Of a DNA stretch of 64,000 nt, positions 39,819-47,103 are shown one piece after another. Numbering within the stretch: position 1 is the first letter of the stretch; every line of letters starts with the position of its first letter. The translations under genes were made by a program, and so were the position numbers. The notes under the pieces were generated by a model. The model was not told the DNA's origin, did not search any database, and worked only from the letters and a program-made list of their open reading frames with translations. The stretch covers positions 288,001-352,000 of the forward strand of contig CAXXGO010000003.1 in NCBI GenBank assembly GCA_963666835.2. Direction: 5' to 3'. The DNA comes from Phycisphaerae bacterium (GTDB lineage Bacteria; Planctomycetota; Phycisphaerae; UBA1845).

Positions 39819-40304
39819 TTGACGCCGCGTCATACCCAATCCTATAATCCGTTCCTCCAGCAGGGTTTGCAAGAGTGCTACTTGGGAGTTGTCGAATTGG
39901 GATCCGTACTTTGTGAGCATTGTGCCGCAGCATGCTGCCGTTATCTCGCGCTGCCCTTGGACAAGCCGACAAACCGACGGGACTACGACGACATCCGCTG
40001 GTACCTGTTGCACGAGAATATCTCCGTATTCGTCGAGGACGGCGACTGGTTCGTCCAGTTTCCGACGCGGTGCAAGCACATCGGGCCGGACAATCGCTGC
40101 ACCCTTTACGAGACGAGGCCGGAGATCTGCCGGGAGTATGATTTCGGACAGTGCGATTATAGCGGGACGACTTACAGCTATGAGCATTTGTTCACGCACG
40201 CGAAACAGATCGAGGAGTACTATCACCGCAAGACCGGCCGGAAGCTCGGAACGCCGTGCGTACCCGCAAAACAGCGGGCCCCGAAGATCTCGAAGGCCGG
40301 CTAA
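39819..40304 (+). CDS. YkgJ family (CxxCxxCC) cysteine-cluster protein
   Basis: CEHCAAACC...C..L....RCTLYETRPEICREY; true start probably ~39882. Confidence 0.8.
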   Translation: MTPRHTQSYNPFLQQGLQECYLGVVELGSVLCEHCAAACCRYLALPLDKPTNRRDYDDIRWYLLHENISVFVEDGDWFVQFPTRCKHIGPDNRCTLYETRPEICREYDFGQCDYSGTTYSYEHLFTHAKQIEEYYHRKTGRKLGTPCVPAKQRAPKISKAG

Positions 40305-40311
40305 GCGCAGC

Positions 40312-41073
40312 ATGCCGAAGGCCGGGCGTTTTCTTCCGGCGACGGTTCTGGCCGCGGTGATTGCGTTTGCCGGCGGTTGCATAACGGGATCGCTTGCGTC
40401 ATCCACCGGGGAGAGGTTGCCGGGCCACCAATGGTCTACCGAGAGCGCGCAGATGGTCCACGTTGGAGAGGAAGTCACGTTTGATTTCGTTCTGCAGGAC
40501 CTTCAAAAGCGGCGCGTCGATCCTACGGGAATCGCCGACTACTGCGTTGCTATGATTGGCAACGAGCGCATCGAAGTTGAGCCGGACCTGTATGGCCATT
40601 TCCAGTTCTCGCACAGTTTCGCTACGGTCAGGCCGGGCGAGAGAGTGAAGGTAAAGGCCGTTGCTTACCAACAGCGGGGGGGGCGCGACTACGTGAAGAT
40701 CCGGGACCGATGGATGAGCAACGATAGCCCCTATGAGCAGGCGGATCGGAAGATGCCGGGGGATGCCATTACGCTGATCGGGTACGTTGCCCCCATAGTG
40801 TTGCAGTTCCCGGCTCCCCCGGACGAGTTGGACCGGGATACCGGGGTGCTGCGGATCCGCCGTTCCGACGGCACTTCCACGGCGGTGTACGTCGACAAAC
40901 CGGGGAGGCCCGGCTTCACGCTGTCCGGGCCGGAGCCGGACGGAGTCTATCGCGTTGAGTATCTCCCGAAGGGCAACGAACTGAACCCAACGGGAACAAC
41001 GGAAGCAGAGTTCACGATTCTCGATGTTAACGGGCGCCGGCCGGAAGCGGCAGCAACTCTCGACACCCCGTAA
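40312..41073 (+). CDS. Hypothetical lipoprotein
   Basis: Signal with lipobox AGGC; start placed at ATG 40312 just after the YkgJ stop. Confidence 0.65.
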   Translation: MPKAGRFLPATVLAAVIAFAGGCITGSLASSTGERLPGHQWSTESAQMVHVGEEVTFDFVLQDLQKRRVDPTGIADYCVAMIGNERIEVEPDLYGHFQFSHSFATVRPGERVKVKAVAYQQRGGRDYVKIRDRWMSNDSPYEQADRKMPGDAITLIGYVAPIVLQFPAPPDELDRDTGVLRIRRSDGTSTAVYVDKPGRPGFTLSGPEPDGVYRVEYLPKGNELNPTGTTEAEFTILDVNGRRPEAAATLDTP

Positions 41074-41122
41074 TCGCCGGGGGTGGTAGCCGGTGCGAGC
41101 CCGTCGGAACGAGGGTGAAGCA

Positions 41123-41629
41123 ATGGTCCATCGGCATATCCACTACGAGGCGGCGTTCGAAGACTACATCCGATCGCGCGGCTGGCCCTATATTCCGGTG
41201 GACGAGCAACGAAAAGCGATCTTCTCCGGAGCGAGAATCAAGTCGTTCGACTTTCTAGTGTATCGCCCCGGGCAGACTGCCTGGCTGGTGGACATCAAAG
41301 GGCGGAAGTTCCCGTACGAAGGCGAGCACGGCAAGCGGTATTGGGAAAACTGGGTCACGCGCGACGATATCGAGGGGCTGAGCAAGTGGGAGGCCGTGTT
41401 CGGGGAGGACTTCGAACCGGTGTTTGTGTTCGTCTATTGGATCATCGGGCGGCCGGCGGTTGAGCCCTCAAGCGACGTCCATCAGTTCCGCGGCGAGTAT
41501 TACGCGCTGCTCCTGGTCTCGGCCCGGGAGTATGCTGCGTTGGCCCGCGAACGGTCTCCGAAGTGGAATACTGTCTCTGTTCCGGTGCGCGACTTCCGGC
41601 GGCTTGTGCGGCCGATGGACGGTGCATAG
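41123..41629 (+). CDS. HYExAFE family protein
   Basis: HYEAAFEDYIR signature; KSFDF...LVDIKGR; ENWVT..D...L..WE. Confidence 0.88.
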   Translation: MVHRHIHYEAAFEDYIRSRGWPYIPVDEQRKAIFSGARIKSFDFLVYRPGQTAWLVDIKGRKFPYEGEHGKRYWENWVTRDDIEGLSKWEAVFGEDFEPVFVFVYWIIGRPAVEPSSDVHQFRGEYYALLLVSAREYAALARERSPKWNTVSVPVRDFRRLVRPMDGA

Positions 41630-41668
41630 CCACTTTACGCCTCGTGGGGCGGGGGTATAATCGTGTTT

Positions 41669-41920
41669 ATGAACAAGCAACGACGTTCTTCGTACTTCGG
41701 GGCGGCGCTTCGGCGTCGTGCGGTTCTTCTGAGGTCGACCGTGATTGTGGGGGCGGCGGGTCTGGTCCAGCATTTGGGTGCGGGGCTGGCGCTGGCGCAG
41801 GATCCCGGCCGGGCTGTCGATGATGAGGAGGCGGGGTTGCGGTGGGGGATCACCGCGGGGGTGGCGGTCGTCATTCTGGTGGCCGCGTTCATCCAATCGA
41901 AACGCTCGCACCTCGGTTAG
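41669..41920 (+). CDS. Small membrane protein
   Basis: Signal-like N-terminus, one C-terminal TM ending SKRSH; TATAAT 7 nt upstream of ATG. Confidence 0.6.
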   Translation: MNKQRRSSYFGAALRRRAVLLRSTVIVGAAGLVQHLGAGLALAQDPGRAVDDEEAGLRWGITAGVAVVILVAAFIQSKRSHLG

Positions 41921-41979
41921 TTCGGTTTCAGGCGCAAAACCGCTGTGGGCTGCGTGCCGGACCATTCTGGAGATCAACT

Positions 41980-42270
41980 ATGCTGAGTAGACGTTCTATC
42001 ATTGCCCTGTTGGTTGGGTTAAACGTCCTGCTGGGCGTTATCATGCTGGCGGGAGCTCGTTTTCTGCCGACCGCCAGCGCCGCCGGAAAGGGGGCTCGGG
42101 CGGGGGACTTTATGTGCGTGACCGCCAAACCGGCCGGGCAGAGCTTCGACGTTGTGTACATTCTGGATAAGGCGGAGCGCAAGCTTCACGCCTTCTATCC
42201 AACCAGCGCACGGGCTCCCAAGTATTCATACGGGAAGTCGCGGGATCTCGGAGCCGATTTCGGCAGGTAG
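41980..42270 (+). CDS. Small exported hypothetical protein
   Basis: RBS GGAGA; N-terminal hydrophobic helix; VYILD...L.AFY motif. Confidence 0.65.
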   Translation: MLSRRSIIALLVGLNVLLGVIMLAGARFLPTASAAGKGARAGDFMCVTAKPAGQSFDVVYILDKAERKLHAFYPTSARAPKYSYGKSRDLGADFGR

Positions 42271-42304
42271 TGCGTAAGACCCCTTGCAGGGAGTTAACCT
42301 GAAG

Positions 42305-42643
42305 ATGGATCAGAAGAACTTCGTAATCGGCATCCTATCAACGACCGCCGTCATTCTATTCGTCGGCGTGATGATTATTCATACGCAATCGACACCTGCG
42401 GTTGCCTCCGGACTTACCGCGACGAGCGGCACGTACGTTCTGACCGTCGGTACGTTCACGCGTAACGATGAGGAGCTGGTCTACGTTATCGACGCTGAGC
42501 AGGCCAAGATGATCGTCTACCGCTTCGACACCGGCAAAGGACAGATCGAAACGGCCGACGCCATAGACCTGGCCGAGATGCGCGCCGCCGGCGCAGCGCC
42601 GGCAGCCAAGACGTCAACGTCCCAAAGAGGCCGCAGGCCGTAG
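42305..42643 (+). CDS. Small exported hypothetical protein
   Basis: N-terminal hydrophobic helix; LVYVID....MIVY motif resembling the preceding ORF. Confidence 0.65.
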   Translation: MDQKNFVIGILSTTAVILFVGVMIIHTQSTPAVASGLTATSGTYVLTVGTFTRNDEELVYVIDAEQAKMIVYRFDTGKGQIETADAIDLAEMRAAGAAPAAKTSTSQRGRRP

Positions 42644-42937
42644 AGGGCTAGTTGCGGTCGGACGTTTGTTGAGTGTCGCGGCTTCAGACAGAGATGGATG
42701 TCCGTCCTTGAGAACCGATTCGTTAGGCGGGCTGTCCGTGCGCCGTCTCGTCTATCCACGTGAGGGTCCACAGATGTGGAGATTGCTACCGCTGCGCGGC
42801 CCTCCGGAAACGGCCAATCTTGTGCAAGAAGAAGACGGTCCAGGCCTTTCGGATGGAGCCTGCAACGTCGTGACCGCTTCCCCCGTTGACGGTGTGGGCG
42901 TCATCCCACCGCCAAGCCCGGTCGCACATGGCGAGGG

Positions 42938-43078
42938 CTAGCCGACCGCGTTGGTGCTGAGATCCAGCCCATCGGGATCATCATACACATCTTCCGCGGG
43001 ATCGATCCAGAAGTCGAGGATTCCGGATGCTTCGACAACGTTCATCTGATCCTGCGTATCCACGTCTGACGGGGGCAT
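42938..43078 (-). CDS. Small acidic hypothetical peptide (46 aa)
   Basis: RBS GGAGA upstream of ATG 43078; LDFWIDPAEDVYD. Confidence 0.4.
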   Translation of the reverse strand: MPPSDVDTQDQMNVVEASGILDFWIDPAEDVYDDPDGLDLSTNAVG

Positions 43079-43167
43079 TGTTGTTTCTCCTACCCCTATA
43101 TTAGCGGATTCCCTGGGTCCGGAGCAATTAGGAATCCGCCTCTCGAACGCTCTTCGCACGACGTAAG

Positions 43168-43803
43168 TCATCGAGATTCCCCGAATCCCGATTTCGAGAT
43201 AGCATCCACAATGTCCTCAGCTGTGCAAAGTGCTTCTGGCACTAGGTCAGATTCAAACAACAGGTAGCCATCCCTTGAGACATCAGCGGGCTTAATCCGC
43301 TCAACGGCCCGTTCTACCGCAGCAGGATGGCGGGTCTTGGCCACATTGCCCCAGGAGTGCACGATGCAGTTCCTGAGCGCGATTAAATCGTGGAACTTGT
43401 ACAAGTCGTTTCGTATCGCGCCCGGGTCGAATGCGCCAGACTCGGAAAGAACGCGAACGTGTATGCGGAGCCAGTTGTCCTTCCTCTTGAGGGCCTTGAT
43501 TCTCGCGTCGTAATCCGAAACGAGGACTTTCGTGATGGCCTTCACGGCTTCCTCCAGAAACGAGCACGCACCGACGAGCATCGTGTAGCGGAACGTGTTT
43601 CCGACTACATACTCGATATGGTGGATCATCCTGCCAACGGCAGGATCGGACTTATCGAACTCTCCGCTGTCGATCCTCCTGCAGAGGTCCGCTTCATCAT
43701 CTCGGAGTTTGCTTTCGATTTCGGCGTTGCACCGAGCCAGGTGGTCGAACCGCCGACGGAAGTAGTCACCAAGTTCACGTTGGTAAGTCTCGGGAATGGT
43801 CAT
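43168..43803 (-). CDS. Hypothetical protein with HEPN-like motif
   Basis: RBS GGAG; helical-looking protein with SFLEE...RNCIVH (R-x4-H). Confidence 0.6.
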   Translation of the reverse strand: MTIPETYQRELGDYFRRRFDHLARCNAEIESKLRDDEADLCRRIDSGEFDKSDPAVGRMIHHIEYVVGNTFRYTMLVGACSFLEEAVKAITKVLVSDYDARIKALKRKDNWLRIHVRVLSESGAFDPGAIRNDLYKFHDLIALRNCIVHSWGNVAKTRHPAAVERAVERIKPADVSRDGYLLFESDLVPEALCTAEDIVDAISKSGFGESR

Positions 43804-44011
43804 TTCAACTCCATTCGCATGTTCAATGGGGCTTGACTCAATCAACTTGACCCACGAAACGCCGACCTGGGGCATCCGCTAGGATGTTGGGGGCGTTTCC
43901 GAACACGGTTCGACAATCCGTGGCACGTAGCCTTACATGACATCCCAGAGACTACCATCCGGCAACGGACGCGTCACGTGCGTGCTCCGGGCGCTGCCTA
44001 GGCCACGCCCA

Positions 44012-44039
44012 ATGCAACATAACATATATTATCGGACGT
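44012..44039 (-). other. dif: dif-like XerC/XerD recombination site
   Basis: Minus strand ACGTCCGATAA-TATATG-TTATGTTGCAT: 11-6-11 layout with ATAA-N6-TTAT core and a TTATGTT XerD-type arm; intergenic AT-rich island. Confidence 0.72.
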
Positions 44040-44135
44040 CCGACATCTTGTACCGGGGGGGGCTTCGGATGACTTGCAGAGGCACGATCGTGCCCGTTCT
44101 GTCGAACAGTAGGTTTCGAATGATCGTCAGCCGCC

Positions 44136-45290
44136 TTATGACGGTGACTTGCTGGCCGATTGATGGCGTTGGGCCAACTCTGAGAGGCCGTCGTCGATAG
44201 CCTTCACGGCCGCGTCGGCTCCGAAGCGGGCTTCGAGCGAGGAACGGAGTCTCTCTCGCGTATCGGGCGGCAGCAACATACGCCCGGCGACCAGATCGCT
44301 CAGACGATCGAAGAGCGTATCGTCGGTCGGGTACAGACAAGATTGGTGAAGGTCGGCCGGGATAAGTTCCGGATACGCCAGGCGGTTCGGCAGCAGCGGC
44401 TGGCAACCGGCCAGGATCGCCTCGACGACGGCTATCCCGAAGTTCTCCTGGATTGCGGTGCTGACCACGATATCACTGCGACGCAGCATGTTCAGGTAGT
44501 CGGTGCGGCTTGGGAGGTAGCCGGCGTGGATGATGTGACGTTCCAGGCGGTTCCAGGAATCGGCGAATACCGGCGGGGCGGTTCGAAACTGTTCGCCAAC
44601 CAGGATTACGCCATACGAAAACCCCCTGTCTGCAAGACGGATCAGGGCCTCAAAGAACGGTTCGGGGTTTTTGTCGTATTCCCAGCGGTGTGGCCAGAGG
44701 ATGGTGAGCGGCGAATCGGGGGTTTTGGCAGAACGAGTTGCGAATTCGACGGCCACCGGCGGGGGGCGAACATCGCTCTTGGCGTGGATGGTCTCGATGA
44801 CCTCGGAGGGCACGAAATCGGGCATCTTGGCGAGTAGCCCCCCCGCCGCTTGGAGAAACTCGTTTCGGTGAAACGATGAGTTAAACCAGACCGCGTCGGC
44901 CGCGAGGCACGAGGTTATGTTGGTCATGCCGTATTGATAGTCGCGTTGTTGCTCGTCGGGAATCGGATACGTCAGTTGGTTCTCGTGGAAATAGCAGGCC
45001 ATCGGGATATTGCGACACGCCGATGGCAGTAAGGCTCGCAGATCAGCCACGGCCAGCATGTCATTGCACAGGATTACGTCGACCGGAGCACCGTCTTTAG
45101 CGGTAAGCCAGCCGTTATCTTCACGAGCAAACCAGGTTGCGGCGCCGCGCATGCGCCATTTCCATTTACGCGCGGGCAAACCGGCAACCGTAACCCGATG
45201 ACGGCTGCGCTCGACAAACACATCGACAAACGCCGCGTGCGATCCGCCGTAATACGGCTCCAGGACGGCCACGGCGAGCCTGTCGTCCAT
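44136..45290 (-). CDS. DUF3524 / GTDC1 (QTMAN)-like glycosyltransferase
   Basis: EPYYGGSH, LPARKWKWRMRG, YFHENQLTYP, WPHRWEYDKNPE, ENFGIAVVEA, PNRLAYPE. Confidence 0.85.
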   Translation of the reverse strand: MDDRLAVAVLEPYYGGSHAAFVDVFVERSRHRVTVAGLPARKWKWRMRGAATWFAREDNGWLTAKDGAPVDVILCNDMLAVADLRALLPSACRNIPMACYFHENQLTYPIPDEQQRDYQYGMTNITSCLAADAVWFNSSFHRNEFLQAAGGLLAKMPDFVPSEVIETIHAKSDVRPPPVAVEFATRSAKTPDSPLTILWPHRWEYDKNPEPFFEALIRLADRGFSYGVILVGEQFRTAPPVFADSWNRLERHIIHAGYLPSRTDYLNMLRRSDIVVSTAIQENFGIAVVEAILAGCQPLLPNRLAYPELIPADLHQSCLYPTDDTLFDRLSDLVAGRMLLPPDTRERLRSSLEARFGADAAVKAIDDGLSELAQRHQSASKSPS

Positions 45291-45368
45291 TCCCGGTTCC
45301 TCTATAATGAAGGCCTTTTCGGCCGCGCCCCAACGGTTGTAACCCCCCTGCCGAATCCGCTTAGAAGC

Positions 45369-45947
45369 CTACTCGGGCACCTTAGGCTGAGGTCGCCGGC
45401 GCGAATCGCGCACCAGCGGTCCGACGGCCATTGCCACCAGGATCAGGTTGCGTCCGCCGCGCGTCAACTCGTAGAGATCACGTTGCTTGGGACGAATCAG
45501 GCCCGCCAGGCGTAGTTCATTGATGTGATGATAAAGGGGCCCGGGTTTCAGCTTGGTGATCCGCGCAAGGGTACGGTAGATGGCCGGCCCTTCCAGCAGC
45601 TTCTGCATCAGCTTCGCCCGCATGGGGTGTCCAAGCCCGGCGAGAGCACGACAGGTCGTCGCCGAAACGCCTGGTTTCCCCCCTACCGCTCTTTTGGTTG
45701 ATGTAATCTGCTGTTGCTCGACGGCCTCGTCCCACTGCCCTTTTGTCTGCTCGCCGACAACGATCGCAACGCCGCACCCGTCGTTATTTCTCAACGCCGG
45801 AAAGGTCCAACCCGGTCTCGGCGATCGCAGTCTGCCGGTTTTCTTTGCGTTGGGGGTAGTGCCGGCTTTCCTGCGTGGAGGCGAGGTCGTCAAAGACTGT
45901 TTTCGGCGGGTCTTTGCGGGCGGTTTCCGCGTCTTTTTCGTTGGCAT
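45369..45947 (-). CDS. ArsR-like winged-helix transcription regulator with basic N-terminal extension
   Basis: LAGLGHPMRAKLMQKLLEGP...GPLYHHINELRLAGLI...YELT..G. Confidence 0.75.
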   Translation of the reverse strand: MPTKKTRKPPAKTRRKQSLTTSPPRRKAGTTPNAKKTGRLRSPRPGWTFPALRNNDGCGVAIVVGEQTKGQWDEAVEQQQITSTKRAVGGKPGVSATTCRALAGLGHPMRAKLMQKLLEGPAIYRTLARITKLKPGPLYHHINELRLAGLIRPKQRDLYELTRGGRNLILVAMAVGPLVRDSRRRPQPKVPE

Positions 45948-46052
45948 AAGTTCAACTCCTCGGCATCGTGCGAAAGCCCCGGGGCACTTAACCCGGTGCC
46001 CCATTCATGCGCTGGTCAAAAGCAGTGGCGTACCCGACCGGATAATATAATT

Positions 46053-46086
46053 TAATACTAGTATTACACTATACTATAATACTAGT
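46053..46086. promoter_or_regulatory. AT-rich operator candidate
   Basis: Perfect palindrome TAATACTAGTATTA (46053-46066) plus a second TAATACTAGT at 46077. Confidence 0.55.
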
Positions 46087-46172
46087 GCAAAGACAAACGG
46101 TTGCACCGAAGGGATCCTACCCGCGATTGTGCGCCGGGACGTACCGATTCCACCGGACAGATTCAGAACCAA

Positions 46173-46889
46173 TCAGTTGCGAGGGTCCTTTCGTAACATC
46201 TCACGGGTGGACAAAATGATGTCCACCGCCTGGGTAGTGGAAAGACGCTCCAGGTTGATCGTAAGGTCGTGCCGGGTGGCGTCAGCGTTCTCGACCCGAA
46301 AATGCCGCTTGAGGAAGTCTCGGCGCTCGTTCTCGATTCGCGCCAGGCGCTCGCGCGCTGCTTCTACCGATACGCCGTGCTCTCCGGCGAACCGGGCCAG
46401 CCGCATATCCAGCGGCGCCACAAGGCGCACGCGAAAGCCGTACTGTGCCGGCAGAATCAGATGCACGCCGCGCCCCAGGAACACCGAGTGCCCCTGCCTT
46501 GCCAGCGACAAGACGCTCTGAGTAAGACGATGAAAGTAGTCGTTTCGGACGAAATCCGGCTGGAGCAGGACGCGAAGGGTCTCTTCGCTCCAGCTTGTGT
46601 CGCGCTCATCCATGGAGGCGTAGACCTGGCGGCGTAGCGAATCATCGCCGGCCATGGCGTCCAGAATCTCCTTATCAAAGACCGGCCAGCCCAGAGTCGC
46701 TCCGAGTTGGGCGGCGACCTCGCGCCCCCCCGCCCCTACCGCTCTGGATATGGCTATGAAATCCTCGACCTCTTCACGTTCCGGTTCCGGCACGGCTCCC
46801 CGTTGGGCCTTGGCCAGCTCCCAGTTGCGCATTTGTTTCTCTACGAGGGCAGCAAGGGCGGAGTGGCTCGACGCTCCTTTGGCGGACAT
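46173..46889 (-). CDS. Cytidylate kinase-like family protein
   Basis: IAISRAVGAGG.EVA..L...LGWPVFDKEI, VFLGRG, DLTIN. Confidence 0.85.
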   Translation of the reverse strand: MSAKGASSHSALAALVEKQMRNWELAKAQRGAVPEPEREEVEDFIAISRAVGAGGREVAAQLGATLGWPVFDKEILDAMAGDDSLRRQVYASMDERDTSWSEETLRVLLQPDFVRNDYFHRLTQSVLSLARQGHSVFLGRGVHLILPAQYGFRVRLVAPLDMRLARFAGEHGVSVEAARERLARIENERRDFLKRHFRVENADATRHDLTINLERLSTTQAVDIILSTREMLRKDPRN

Positions 46890-46993
46890 GGTATCTCTCC
46901 TCTGATTCCGGAAATGCAGAAGACCGTAGACCTACTGCCTAACATCAAACAACACGGTAGCAAGTGCCAGGCGGGTTGGCAATGCACACAATG

Positions 46994-47025
46994 AAGCGGC
47001 CGGCCCGTTTCGGAGCCGGCCGCTT
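46994..47025 (-). terminator. Hairpin downstream of nifJ
   Basis: 11-bp stem AAGCGGCCGGC / GCCGGCCGCTT; short T tail. Confidence 0.55.
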
Positions 47026-47103
47026 GACGACTTCAATCGTGATGACGTTCTGGGAGCGGACGTCAGCTTCCGGCGCCGCCTTTTGCTTTAAGCGATCGCC
47101 GCC

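Noticed and set aside
43104..43165. Integron attC site downstream of the HEPN-like gene
   Set aside because: Inverted repeat present but no RYYYAAC/GTTRRRY boxes and no integrase
46034..46062. Second dif-like candidate (CGGATAA-TATAAT-TTAATAC)
   Set aside because: Right arm lacks TTATGT; better explained as part of the AT-rich operator
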